Under the pieces are notes generated by a model. It was not told the origin of the DNA. It saw only the letters and a program-made list of their open reading frames with translations, and searched no databases. DNA of 64,000 nucleotides from assembly GCF_902713615.1 (NCBI RefSeq), contig NC_052163.1:84555721-84619720 (forward strand). Reading direction: 5' to 3'. Position numbers and translations under genes: made by a program. Positions 25,616-37,509 of this stretch are shown in pieces (the stretch's first letter is position 1; each line of letters begins with the position of its first letter). The DNA comes from Scyliorhinus canicula. Lineage: Eukaryota.

Positions 25616-26223
25616 GAGCTGGATTCGCCCAAAATGAGACTATGTCCCCACGCCGGCGTAAAAACGATGGAGTTTTACTCCCGAAATTCCTTGGAAAAAG
25701 TTAGACAAATTCATAGCCCTGCAGGGGGCTAGCAGGGACCCAGAATGAATCTATCTCGCAGCTTTTGCTGTAGATACGGGTCCCGCACTTCCTGGTCAGA
25801 GGCCGCGCATGCGCTCGGCCACGACTTCCAGCAGCCACGCCATGCTTCATGGTGGACTCGGACCGCAGAGCCTGACAAAAGAAATAAACCCCTGATCGAC
25901 CACGCGCCTGGGCATCTAACCCCGCACATTTATTCGCTGGCAGCCCACAAGGCCCCCCCCCCCCATCTCCGATTCGCCCGCCCCCAACCAGTGCGGCCAC
26001 GGACTGACTGGCAATAGGTGGTTATTCCACGCTGTTGGGAACTCGGCTAGTCGGGAGTGGAGGTTTGCTGGGCGGGCCTCTGGCAATGGGCCCCCGCGGC
26101 GACGCCGATTTTCAGTGCCTGTAGAATCGCCGAACAGGTGCCGGGCCCGATTACGGCGTGAAACTGGATTCTCTGCCCCGCGCCGGCCACGATTTTGGCG
26201 CAGGGCTGCGGAGAATCCAGCCC
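25616..26223. mobile_element. PIF/Harbinger-type MITE with 3-bp TSD
   Basis: TIRs GAGCTGGATTCGCC / GGAGAATCCAGCCC; TSD AGG. Removing it restores CR1 ORF2 ILRDR|IYRHLERQGLIRDSQHGFV. Confidence 0.88.
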
Positions 26224-26874
26224 AGGATCTACAGGCATTTAGAGAGGCAAGGACTGATTAGGGACAGTCAGCATGGCTTTGTGAATGGAAAATCATGTCT
26301 CATGAATTTGATGAGTGTTTTGAAGAGGTAACCAAGAAAGTACATGAGGGCAGTGCAATTGACGTTATCTACATAGACTTTAGCAAGGTATCTTTGACAA
26401 GGTACCGCGTGGTAGATTGTTGCATAAGGTTAAATCTCATGGGATCCAGGGTAAGGTAGCCAATTGGATACAAAATTTGCTTGACGACAGAAGATAAAGG
26501 GTAGTTGTGGCAGTTGTTTTTCAAACTGGAAGCCTGTGACCAGCGGTGTGCCTCAGGGGTCAGTGCTTGGTCCACTGTTATTTATATTAATGATTTGGAT
26601 GAGAATTTAGGAGGCATGGTTAGTATGTTTGCATGATAGGTGGCATAGTGGACAGTGAAGAAGGTTATCTAGGATTGCAACGGGATCTTGAACAATTGGG
26701 CCAGTGGGCCGATGAATGGCAGATGGAGTTTAATTTAGATAAAAGTAAGGTGATGCATTTTGGTAGATCAAATCGGGCAGGACCTACTCAGTTAATGGTA
26801 GGGAGTTGGGGAGAGTTACAGAACAAAGAGATCTAGGGGTATAGGTTCATAGCTCCTTAAAAGTGGAGTCACAG

Positions 26875-27098
26875 GGCAGCATGTGGCACAGTGGTTAGAA
26901 CTGGGACTACGGCGCTGAGGACCTGGGTTTGAATCAAGGCCCTGGATCACTGTCCGTGGGGAGTTTGCACATTCTCCCCATGTCTACATGGATTTCACCC
27001 CACAACCCAAAGATGTGCAGGTTAGGTGGATTGGCTATGCTAAATTGCCCCTTAATTGGAAAAATTAAATAATTGGGTACTCTAAATTTATTTTTTTT
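26875..27098 (+). mobile_element. V-SINE, short subfamily, in CR1 RT
   Basis: Imperfect TSD AAAGTG(G/A)AGTCACAG on both sides. Confidence 0.88.
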
Positions 27099-28144
27099 AA
27101 AGTGAAGTCACAGGTGGACAGAGTGGTGAAGAAGGCATTCGGCATGCTTGGTTTCAGTGGTCAGAACATTGAATACAGGAGTTGGGATGTTGTATAAGGC
27201 ATTAGTACGCCCACACTTGGAATACTGTGTACAGTTCTGGTCACCCTAAACTAGAAAGAGTGCAGAAAAGATTTACTAGGATGCTGCCGGGACTTGATGG
27301 TTTGAACTATAAGGAGAGGCTGGATAATCTGGGACATTTTACCCTGTAGCATAGGAGGCTTAGGAGTGATTTTATAGAGGTTGATAAAATAATGAAGGGC
27401 ATAGGTAAGGTCAACATCTTTTCCCAAAGGTAGGGTGTCTAAAACTAGAGGGCATAGGTTTGAGGTGAGAAGGGAGAGATACAAAAGGTCCCAGAGGGGT
27501 AAATATTTCACACAGAGGATGGTGAGCATCTGGGACCAGCTGCCAGAGGCAGTCGTAGAGGTGGGTACAGTTTTGTCTTTTAAAAAGCATTTCAACAGTT
27601 ATATGGGAAAGCTGGGAATAGGGCGATATGGGCCGAGCTTAGTGGTAAAAACTGGGCGCATGGGCAAGTTGAACCGTTTCATGCTGTAAACTTCTATGAC
27701 TCTATGTTAGTAAGGAGGACCTTTGCAGGGTTAACAGGGCTGGGTTTGCCATTGTCATTTCCACTGTCTGGGGGGTCCATTCAGTTTTATTCCTTCTTTG
27801 TGTTTTTGGAGCGGTTGAATACAATTGAGTGGTTTGCTCGGCCACCTCAGAGGGCATTATGAGTCAAACACATTGCTGTGGGTCTGGAGTCACTTGTAAG
27901 CCAGAGCAGGTAAGGATGGGTGATTTTCCTCCCTAAAAGGACATTAGTGAAGGAGATGAGTTTTGATGACAATTGTTGCATGCTCATCATTAGACTTTTT
28001 ATTTCATATTTCCCGAATTTATTTGCACCAGCCATGTGGTGGGATTCGAACACCAGATCATCCCCCTGGGTCTGAGTCCAGCTACAATCCCACAACCTCA
28101 CCCCCTCCGCATTTGATGGGGACTAGACAACACACACAGAAATA

Positions 28145-28166
28145 TTTATTGCAGATTCTCTTTATT
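28145..28166 (-). terminator. PolyA signals of C1 (two AATAAA)
   Basis: TTTATT on + strand at 28145-28150 and 28161-28166, ~360-380 bp after the stop. Confidence 0.75.
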
Positions 28167-28527
28167 GAAAGTTCCATTCCATGGCAGTTATTGTTTGGCT
28201 GCTGTTAACATATCAAAAACTACCCTAATTTCCATTCAATCTAGCACAGTTCCTGAGCCAGCCATCCATTTGCACTGTAATTACTGACTACAGCAAAGTC
28301 ATTGTTCACTTTTACCCTTGGAGTAGATTCTTACAATGGGAGTGGCTGAGCCAGACCTGCAACAGGTTCAAATACTTCAAAGGATACAGTAAAATCACAC
28401 AAAACAAAACAGAAACATGAAATGCAGCAGGGACAAAAAAGGTTGGATAAAAGTGATGGAGAGGGCGGAGACAAGCTAACATTTTCTCACTGTTCAGGCA
28501 GAACACAAAAAAAGAAATTCCATCTAT

Positions 28528-28850
28528 TTAGCAGCCGGATTGAGAGGCGGTTGCGGTTGTTTTTGAAGCTGCTCCTTGTTGAACTGTACAGGAGTACACC
28601 TTCCCACTGCTCCAATCTGTGCCAGGGACTGTCAGGTAGCTGCTGAGACTGAAGCTGTTGTCCGAGTTCCGCGATGCCACGCTGGTTTGTACATCACTGC
28701 TCGTCGGGCTCCCATCGACTGTCCAGCTGACCGCAGCAAAGCCCATGGACAGTTTGCTGACCAGGCAAACTAACGTGCCGGCTCCTTTAGTGGATATCTC
28801 ATCGGCTGAAGGTCCAAGCAGTTTCACTGAAGGATCAGGGAGTTGCCGAG
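28528..28850 (-). CDS. Ig light chain constant exon, cluster 1
   Basis: Acceptor TTGCAG| then (A)RQLPDPSVKLLGPSADEISTKGAGTLVCLVSKL...SWTVDG...SLSSYLTV...WSSGKVYSCTVQQG...SQSGC*. C1-set Ig domain with terminal Cys for the H-L disulfide; TAA at 28528-28530. Confidence 0.97.
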
Positions 28851-29129
28851 CTGCAATCAGAACCAGGGAACACATCTTAGAGAAAAAAAAGAGCTACAAT
28901 TTCTTACAAAATTTATTTTAGGACCCTCCTGCTGACTCTGGATTAGAGCGTGTCTCACTGAAGGTGCTTCACCTCCAGCTCCCAGGTCCTATCCCCAGTC
29001 TGTGTTGAGTTGGCTGATGTTGGATGAGTCACCAGGACTGCTTCATCTGACCCCGCCCTGTGCCCCCAGATAGGGAGTGAAGTGACCAAAATCCAGTGAT
29101 CACTTTACCTGATCTTAGATTTCAATTTG

Positions 29130-29420
29130 GGTGGCATTAGCACAGCATCGGCAGCCAGTTCAAATCTGGCCTTGGGTCACTGTCTGTGTGGAGTTAGTAG
29201 GCTCTCCTGGTGTCTGCGTAGGTTTCCTACAGGTGCTCCAGTTTCCTCCCACAGCCCAAAAATGTGCAGGTTAACTAGATTGGCCGTGCTAAATTGCCCC
29301 AAGTGTCCACAACGATGTGTAGGTTAGATTAAGGGGTTAATGGGATAGGGCAGGGGACTGAGCTTGGGTGAAGTACTCTTTCAGAGGGTCAGTGCAGACT
29401 TGATGGGCCAAATAACCTCC
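29130..29420 (+). mobile_element. Old V-SINE in J-C intron
   Basis: Degenerate GGGTCACTGTCTGTGTGGAG..GGTGCTCCAGTTTCCTCCCACA..GCTAAATTGCCCC. Confidence 0.75.
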
Positions 29421-29598
29421 ATCTTCACCTTCGGCATTCAAAGTTGAAAATCTATCCCAACAGGTGAGGCAGTTTTTGATACGGAGACATTGAAACCGAG
29501 GGGTCTGTGAATCTAACTTCTACTTTCCATCTTTACACTGCTCCTCTCCCCATCTTTACACTGCCCCCGCCCCACCCAATGGAAGGTTCTGTTGTTAT

Positions 29599-29921
29599 AG
29601 AACAGTACAGCACAGAACAGGCCCTTCGGTCCTTGATGTTGTGCCGAGCAATGATCACCCTACTTAAACCCACGTAACCCGTATACCCGTAATCCAACAA
29701 TCCCCCCCATTAACCTTACACTACGGGCAATTTAGCATGGCCAATCCACCTAACCCGCACATCTTTGGACTGTGGGAGGAAACCGGAGCACCCGGAGGAA
29801 ACCCACGCACACACGGGGAGGACGTGCAGACTCCACACAGACAGTGACCCAGCCGGGAATCGAACCTGGGACCCTGGAGCTGTGAAGCATTGATGCTAAC
29901 CACCATGCTACCGTGAGGCCC
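29599..29921 (-). mobile_element. V-SINE, HE1-like, in J-C intron
   Basis: Reverse complement of the 5434 family; possible TSD GTTAT. Confidence 0.9.
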
Positions 29922-31035
29922 GTTATGGGTATGAGAAGGGGACAAGGCTGGTCTATTAACAGTTGAATGGCCCACCAACACTAACTATCTCTAATTCAGG
30001 AGGAATAGTCAACTGGGGAAGAGTTGAGAGTGTTCAAAACTCCCATGGATACAAGCCGAAGGGAATAGAAGATATAATTCTCAATATTCGAGTTTACATT
30101 ATTAGAAATAGGAAGTTGCAAAGTGTTTTCTAAAAGTAAAATCTCAAAGTGCTGATTGAGAAGAGGCTGCTGAGAATGTACATGATGCAGCAACACTGAC
30201 CCACCGACTGTTCACAGCGCGCCAGAATCAGGCATCCTGAGCAATTTAATTGGGTAGAAGGATATCTGGAATTAGGCTAACACTTCAGTGCTGAAATAGC
30301 TCTGCCAGCAATATATACAGTGACATCTTCATTCAAAGGCATTAAACCGAGACTGGTCTATTTGTTGAGCAGGATCCCACATATCCCATAACATTGCACA
30401 GTATTCTTGCCAATCGTCCTCCCTTAAACCAATACTGTGGAAAAATGATACTAACGGCTCATTGTTGTGTAAAATTAGCTGCTGTGTTTTTCCATGTAGC
30501 AGTAACTTAAACAGTGTGAAATACTTCATTTTCTTCTCCATTATTAATTCATCCCAATGTATCTAGTTGTATAAAATATCCCCACCAGTATTATTTAAGG
30601 TAGCTCCACCATTGGGAGGGGGGGGGGGGGGGGGTGAAAAATTACAATTTACCCCTTTCTCCAACAAAACCTCAATAAAGTTTTGGGAATTCACCAGTGA
30701 TCTAATCTAATCTGTGCCAACTGTCTAAAACAGAAAAAAGTTAACCTCACAGGGATGGCAATGATTGAATTTCCAGTAAAGATAAGAATTAAAAAATAAA
30801 AATAACCAGAGCAACAGCAATTCAATCCCCATTGAAACATTAACAATGCTAATTGGCATAGCTAGAATCACAGGACTGGACATTGAACTAGAATCATAAT
30901 TTTAACATACAAATGATCGTCCAACAAGCAGGTGCTAAGACATAACTGAGTTTACATTTTTTTATTTATTTCTTACTGTCTACTATTACAAAGATAGTTT
31001 CTGCATGATTGTAAATGTAATTCCCAGTCACTTAC

Positions 31036-31072
31036 CTGCAACAAAGAGTTTGGTCCCTTGGCCTAACACCCA
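31036..31072 (-). CDS. Ig light chain J segment (WVLGQGTKLFVA)
   Basis: TGG GTG TTA GGC CAA GGG ACC AAA CTC TTT GTT GCA G|GTAAGT. Phase-1 donor is in frame with the C acceptor (G+CT = Ala, then RQLPDP). Confidence 0.95.
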
Positions 31073-31111
31073 CACAGTGTGATGTTCTAGGGTTCAGTCC
31101 ATACAGTTACC
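31073..31111 (+). other. J recombination signal sequence, 23-bp spacer, non-consensus nonamer
   Basis: Reading away from J: CACAGTG (31073-31079) + 23 nt + ACAGTTACC (31103-31111; consensus ACAAAAACC). Confidence 0.88.
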
Positions 31112-31427
31112 CCAGATCCTGGAATCAGACTGAAAACAAGCTCAGATTCTCCACTCCAGCATTATTCAGGTTTCCTGTATTCCCAGTGTTTCTGCTGGTG
31201 AGGAACAATAAGGAATAAACTCACAGCAACATCCACACACTGATAGTAAAATATCATCAACACCCAATACTAAACAGTCAGATTCAGAATGTTATCAACT
31301 ATGAAATTATCTTCATTGGAAAATATTGAATAAAGGACAAAATTAAAAAGTGATTTTATGAAATGCAAGACTCGAGATCGTTTTAACCTGATACAAAATT
31401 ATTAATTGTAGACTATTTACCGATTTC

Positions 31428-31455
31428 AGTTTTTGTTTTACCTTCTGTCACTGTG
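31428..31455 (-). other. V recombination signal sequence, 12-bp spacer
   Basis: Minus strand CACAGTG + ACAGAAGGTAAA (12 nt) + ACAAAAACT: perfect heptamer, near-consensus nonamer. Confidence 0.97.
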
Positions 31456-31782
31456 ACACATAAGTACTGCTTGAGGAAACCCACTTTCCACAGTAATAGA
31501 CGGCGGCATCATTCACCTCCACGTTCTTTATGATTAACTGGTAAATGATGTGGCCACTGTTGACCTTCGATGTGAAACGATCGCTGTTAAACCCGGAACC
31601 ATAGGTAGGGGCACTGTTAGAATGATGATAGTAGAGGATCCATTGAGGAGCTGATCCCGGTGTCTGCTTGTACCAGCTCACAACATAGCTATCAGCCGTT
31701 CCAATGTTACAGTCCAGTGTGGCCGTGTTTCCCGGTGTCACAGTCAGGTCTGGAGGCTGAGTCAGAGTCTGAGACTGTCCAT
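31456..31782 (-). CDS. Ig light chain V exon, probably sigma isotype, unrearranged
   Basis: (Y)GQSQTLTQPPDLTVTPGNTATLDCNIGTADSYVVSWYKQTPGSAPQWILYYHHSNSAPTYGSGFNSDRFTSKVNSGHIIYQLIIKNVEVNDAAVYYCGKWVSSSSTYV. Both Cys and the core Trp are present, frame open, followed directly by an RSS. Long CDR2 and the CNIGT/YGSGF..DRFTS pattern resemble sigma V regions (isotype is inference). Confidence 0.95.
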
Positions 31783-31883
31783 CTGTAAAAGAGCAGAGAT
31801 TAAACATTAGAAATTGACTGTTTAAAAGTGATTCCAAGACCTCCGCTGCTGCGGGAGGAGCAGAGTTCAGTGTTTGTACTTAC

Positions 31884-31932
31884 AGCCCAGCCACAGCGCC
31901 AGAGAGCAGAAAAAACACAACATCCGCATCAT
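31884..31932 (-). CDS. Ig light chain leader exon (L1)
   Basis: Minus strand ATG ATG CGG ATG TTG TGT TTT TTC TGC TCT CTG GCG CTG TGG CTG GGC T|GTAAGT = MMRMLCFFCSLALWLG. Phase-1 donor; 101-bp intron (31783-31883) to the V acceptor TTTTACAG. Confidence 0.93.
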
Positions 31933-32010
31933 TGCTGCCAGTGAACTTGCTGCCTCCTTCAGCGAGTGTATCTGTACCAGACTGTGGCAGCAGCTGCCCA
32001 TTGAACCCAG

Positions 32011-32100
32011 TTATAGAGCCATTCAGACCAGGAAGGAACCCCATGCAAATTAGTGAACTCACACTCACCAATCAGAGCAAGGACATGACCCCCCGCCAAT
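32011..32100 (-). promoter_or_regulatory. IgL V promoter: octamer/decamer, TATA-like element, two CCAAT boxes
   Basis: Coding strand reads TAATTTGCAT (32043-32052), the light-chain octamer orientation, ~110 bp upstream of the ATG. TATAA on minus strand at 32011-32015. CCAAT at 32068-32072 and 32096-32100 (+). Confidence 0.85.
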
Positions 32101-33240
32101 CAGCGATACAAACACAGATTGAGAGACAGGAACGTCACTAATTTCCATTCAAACCCAAGGAACTGAATCGTCGGACATTTCCCACTTTCCGCTCTTTCAG
32201 ATGCTTGTTTATTCTGTTCGGCATTGAGTTTAAATTAAAACAAGAACACATTCTGGGGCATCTCTCTTGTGTTGAGGTTCTTTCAATAGTACTGGCAGCT
32301 TTTAAATTAGATTTCTATCAAACTTCTACATCACACGTTGGTTTGGCTGACGTTACAGGCAGCTTCCTACCAAAGAAACAATCTGAAACATTCTCTACAA
32401 TGACAAACTCTTCATCTCACACTTACTGTGTGACGCCTGCACTGACACAAGAGTGAATGGACCCTTCAGTTAGCGTTCAGATAATCTGGGCATGTGGATA
32501 TTGACACTGCTTCAGCAGTGAATGATCATATTCAACAGGAAAGGGGCTGGAGTATAATTAATTACCAATGTGCTGACCGACTTGTCACCTGACTATCATA
32601 TTCTATCAGTCAACAATGGACTGTCAAACTATATCTTCAGGAGTTCCAAGAAGGTTAAACCAAAAAAGTTTAGGCAAACAAAAGTAAAGACTGCAATGTG
32701 GCATACGGTACATCAATCCCAGTCAGGGCTACCATACCGGTCCCAATCCTGGCCGGTTTTTAAATACTTGTTTCAAGAGTCCCAGTTAGTAGGCCTCCAC
32801 CCCTCAGCAAGGGAGCTTGTATTCCAGGAGCCCTATGAGGAGATCAATTGGGTCATGCCTGTAGGTCTCGTGAAGGTTTTAATTTGAGAGTCGAGTACAT
32901 TTTGTTTATTAAACGGTCAGCAATAACTTTATGCAAAAGGAGAAAAACAAACTACTCAACAGTGACATTAATCTGTAAATAGGCCACAGTGCACTGAAGT
33001 TACCAGCATGTAGATCAACCCGCCACTCTCTCCTCTGCCCACATCAGTGCAAAGTCACCTCTCATGCGGGTTATTACACAATATATTCTAGTAACGGTTA
33101 AATACATTCTATTAGTGACTTCTGGTAACGGGTCGTGCTGAGCAGTCGCACATCAGGTGGTTCTCTTCCTGTGAACCCGAAAATAGACTCTTTTACTCAA
33201 AAGAGCCCGTTAATAGAGGGAAAAAATGTCCCTGCACCCT

Positions 33241-33778
33241 GGGCTGGATTCTCCAAAAATGGGGCTCTGTTCCCACGCCAGCGTGAAATGCTGGGGTTTC
33301 ACTCTGCACTTTCCTTAAGAAAGTCCTGAGTGATTCTCCCATCTGCAGGGGGCTGGCAGTGGTTCTCGCAGCTCTGGCTGCGGCCACGGGCTCCGCACTT
33401 CCGGTCGGGAGTCTGCGCAAGTGAACGCCGGCAGCCTTCAGCGGCTGTGCTATACGCAATGGCGGACCCGGACCGCCATCCAAAATGTAGGCCCCCCCAA
33501 GATCGCGCGCACCCTCAGATCCGTGCCACCCAATCGCTCCCCTGGCCATCCATGATAGAACCACGCCATCGGGAACTCGGCCAGTTTTGAGTGGAGAATC
33601 ACGGGGGGGGGGGGGGACTCTGTCAATGGCCCACTCGCTGCGCCGTGCAGATCACCCATGAGCGATTCCTGAGTGATTCTCCGGGGACTGGAGACTCGCT
33701 TCAGCGGCGCTGGTCCCGATTTCCTCGTAAACTGCCATTCTCTGCCCCCGGGCCGAGGTGCTGCGGAGAATCCAGCCC
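33241..33778. mobile_element. PIF/Harbinger-type MITE
   Basis: Perfect 14-bp TIRs GGGCTGGATTCTCC / GGAGAATCCAGCCC; flanks CCT/CCC; internally similar to 25616-26223. Confidence 0.88.
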
Positions 33779-35861
33779 CCCAACTAACAACAGTACGAAC
33801 AAAGATGCCAAACAACAGCAATTCCAGAGGCTGCAAAATAGGAAAAGCCAGGAGAAGCAAGTGGCTGAGCTGGTGGACGAAGTGCTGGCCACGCAAGGAC
33901 CAGCTCACTGCACACAGACCGCACCTCGCCCCCCTCAGCAGAGGGTGGATGGAGGATGTTCCTCTCCAGGGAACTAAGAGAGCATAGAGAGGAGACGATG
34001 TCCGATATCCAGGTTACGGTAAGGTGGTGATCGTGGAGGCTCTGGCGACCATGCAGGAGACCCTGGACAAGGCCGAGAGTCGATTAGAGGTCCAGGGAAT
34101 CACCATAAAAGAATTAGAAAAGGACTTAACAAGGGGAGTCTGTGGGGAAAGATAGAGGATCAGGAGAACCGATCACAACACCAGAACTTAAGGATCATGG
34201 GCCAGTCGGGATAGAAGGCCGGGATCCCATGGATTATGTGGCCCAGATGCTGGGCAATCTGATGGGAAGGAATAGCTTCCCCAACCCATCAGAAATAGAC
34301 AGAGCTCACTGGTCATTCCGCCCAAGACCCAAAGGTGGAGAGCAGCCGAGGGCGATATTCACCAAAATGCACCGTCACCAGGGCCAGGAAAGAATCCTGC
34401 GCTGGGAAAGACAAACAAAAAACTGTAACTGGGAAGGTCACCGGATTAGGATCTACCAGGACATTGGGTCTGACCTGGCCATGCGCCAGGCAGAGTTTAA
34501 CAGGGCGAAGGCAGCCCTGTACAAAAATGGTGTAAAATGTGGTATGCTGTTCCACGGCCAAACTCTGGGTCATTTTCCAGGGCAGTGAGCACTTCTTTAC
34601 GGCCCCTGCCAACACGGACAAATTTGTCCCAGAGAACGGGCTGGAAAAATAGCAGCAGGAACAACGGTGAGAAAAGCACCCGGAGAGACTTCATTTATTT
34701 ACTTAACCATTCGAAGGACACTTTACGTGGGACTACACTGCCTCATTTTGAGGAAGGGAGTTACAGCATTGGAAGGAAAGGATGAGGGCAGCAGAGCGCA
34801 GGAGAGGGTGAGGAGAATGGCAGGAAGGGAGAACAGATAGCGGGCAAAAGGTAGGTAGATAGCCGACCCCGGGAACGGAGGCCACCATATTAGCAGGAAA
34901 GCTAGCACCAGGAAGCACAAGAGGGAGAGGGGCCCTGGTGTTTTTCCTGCAAAGGACAGAGTGGCTGGCAACGGTGGGGTGGGGGGTGGGGGGGGGGGGT
35001 AGCTATCACTAACAGGGGGACAACTAGGGAAAGAAACAGGGGGAGGGGACCAAAGCGGAGGGACAGCAACAGGAAGGGGTGAAGAGGATGTGGGGGTGGT
35101 GAAGGGAGAAGGAGCCATAGGGGGAACATAGGAACAACGGTGGTAAGGCCATTAGGCTGGCTACAACAGGCCACATGTGATGACTTGGAACACAAAGGCA
35201 CCGGGTCCACAAGCAACCAGTTTGGAGGGTCCCTGAACAAACGGAAACTCCGGGGTGCAGGGGCTCACCCACATGGTGTACACGCAGTTGGCAGCTATGT
35301 TGGGTGGACCCTGGACGAAGGGAATTCCCGGAGTGCAGGGGTGCATCCATCAGGTAAGAATGGTTGTTCCCACAGGAGTGGGCCATAGAAATCCCCCACC
35401 CCCCCAACCCCCGGTATAGTCACCTGGAACATCAGGGGACTTAACGGGCCAGTGAAAAGATCCAGAGTCTTCGCACATCTGAAAAGTATGAAAGCTGATG
35501 TAGTCTTCCCCAAGAGGTGGAGCTGAGGGAAAAGTACCGACTGCGGGTAAGGAAGGGCTGGGTGGGACAGACCTACCATTCCTGGTACGAAACGAGAGCC
35601 AGCAGGGTAGCCATACTGTTAAAGAAGTGGAAAAGGTTCACTGCGACGAGGATGTTTACGGACCTTGGGGTCGGTACGTCATGGTCAGCGGTGTCCTGGA
35701 TGGGGCACCGGTAGTCCTGGTAAATGTGTACGCTCCCAACTGGGATGACACGGAGTTTATTAAAAAATATGGCGGAATTCTCTGACATCGAGACGCACCG
35801 TCTTTAACTGTGTTCAGGACACACGGTCGAGCCCCAAAATGGGAAGGACCTCCAACAGGGC

Positions 35862-36147
35862 TGATGTACCATCAATTGAACGCGAGACGAGTTGCTGTAC
35901 AAAACTATGGCTTTAATCAACTAGATGTTAGCCCTGCGGTTGATTACAGTAAATGGACGACCGCCGGGAGTACTGGGTATTTATACACTGCCCTGGAGGT
36001 GGGGTTAACTCAGCCTCTCGACCAATCGGGGAGCCGTCACATGACTGGTCTCAACCAATCGGTCGAGAGGCACATGACCGACCAGGGCCAATGGTAAGCC
36101 GGTGTTCTGCACCAATAGCAGGCAGCTATGCTAATCATACCACCACA
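35862..36147 (-). mobile_element. Solo LTR (286 bp) with 5-bp TSD
   Basis: Minus strand TGTGG...ACATCA; TSD AGGGC on both sides; TATAAATA and ATTAAA on the sense strand; four CCAAT and two CACATG boxes. Confidence 0.9.
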
Positions 36148-36215
36148 AGGGCGAAATAACTCGGCATATTCATGGGGCAGATGGGGGCAATGGACCCTTC
36201 TCCCAGGTACAAAAT

Positions 36216-36803
36216 GGGTGGGTTTCTCCGTTCCTGCAGCTAAGTGCCAGTGTTGGATCCATGGTGCTTCATGGCAGGAAAATCGCCACCGATCCCTCAC
36301 CGATTCCGGTACTGGTTAGGCGCTAGCACCAGCACTAAGTGAAACTCCCGTGGATTGCGCCGAATATGGGGTTCCGGGTCGCGCATGCGCACGGCTAATG
36401 ACCTGCACCGGTCGTGCTGTACAACATGGTGGAGGCCGTGTGCAAAACATAACCCACCAACCACAACCCCACAGCCCACCCCATGGCCACCCCTCCCCAC
36501 CAGTCCCCCCAGCCCAAGCAGATGCCCCCCCCCCCCCCCCCCCCCCGGTCTGGCACGGATTCCGGCCAAGTGTGGTGGCACTGGACACAGTCCTCAGCCG
36601 GCACGCCAGCTGAGAATTCCGTCAGGAATTTGGCCCATCGGGGGCAGAGCATCCTGGGTGGGCTGGTTGATGGGGCGCCAATGGCACTGTGACTGCGCTC
36701 ACCACAAGTCATGAAGACGCCATTGTGGAGGGGGCAGAGCATGGCGGGCCGGTGTCCAGCTGGCCCCGATTCCGGTGTCGGAATCCATTCTCTGAGCCAG
36801 AGA
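36216..36803. mobile_element. Harbinger-type MITE, right end truncated
   Basis: Left TIR variant GGGTGGGTTTCTCC after AAT; GC-rich body; L1 resumes after GAGAA with a deletion. Confidence 0.65.
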
Positions 36804-37509
36804 AGGACAACGAGGCATTTGAGGCCTTCTACCAGGGGCTGTACATCTCCGAGCCCCCTGCAGGGTATTTGGGAATGAAACAGTTCCTCAATGGCCTGGA
36901 AACACCAGTTGTGAGCGAAGATATGAAACGGGGGCTGGAAGAACCAATAGAACTGGGAGAAATCATGGAGAGCATCAACTACATGCAGGCATGGAAGGCC
37001 TGGGGACCAGATGCGTTCCCGGCGACCTCTACAAAAATTCGCAACAGCACTACCCGAAACTTGCAGGAGATCTTCACAGACTCGCTGGCGTGGGGTACCC
37101 TGCCACCTACACTAGCACAGGCCTCAATCACGCTGATACCCAAGAAAGACAAAGACTCAACAGAATGCGGGTCCTACAGAATCATTTTGCTGCTAAACGT
37201 AGACGCAAAAATACTGGCCAAGATCCTAGCTAGGAGACTGGAGGATCTGCGCAAGCGGGTCTGCGCATGCGCGCAGCTGCGCACCTTGGCGCAGGTGCCG
37301 CCGACAAGGCGGAGCCACACAGAGGGCCCGCATGGAGTAAGGTAGGTCCTCCCCAGATCGCAGTGGCCCGCCGATTGGTGGCCCTCTTAATTAAACTCTT
37401 AATTAAAACATTTTTTAAAATACATTCTATTATCTATGTCTGTTTTTTCATTGAATCAGAACACTCAGAGTGAAACTTACTGACCCTAAGAAGGTGGAAC
37501 TCACTAACC

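Larger units (their letters stand above)
22560..27715 (+). mobile_element. CR1 LINE (HER1-like): ORF1 with SGNH esterase motifs, ORF2 EN-RT, decayed, with nested SINEs and MITE
   Basis: ORF1 VIGDSMV..FPGTRVKDV..HIGTNDI; EN YFNARGL..WDIVAITE, GDFNFPNIDW-like; [38 protein letters not shown]; 3' end (ACTCTATG). Confidence 0.9.
33115..37250 (+). mobile_element. L1/Tx1-clade LINE copy C (5' leader, ORF1, EN, start of RT; 3' truncated), with nested MITEs and solo LTR
   Basis: Leader GACTTCTGG..CTGAGCAGTCGCACATCAGGTGG; ORF1 EIDRAHWS..PRAIF..IRIYQDIGSDLAMRQAEF; EN VTWNIRGLNGPVKRSRVFAHLK; AQASITLIPKKDKD..NVDAKILAKILA. Confidence 0.85.

Noticed and set aside
28576-28921. Plus-strand ORFs over the C exons (also 62866-63175)
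   Set aside because: Antisense shadows of the Ig C exon; conserved only because the exon is.
30685-30697. NF-kB-like GGGAATTCAC in the J-C intron as an intronic enhancer
   Set aside because: Imperfect single motif with no supporting cluster; cannot be supported from sequence alone.
31456-31782. Possibility that the V is germline-joined (VJ) or a TCR/IgH V
   Set aside because: Intact 12-RSS after V, a separate J ~380 bp away, no D segments, a light-chain-orientation octamer, and a single C ending in Cys.
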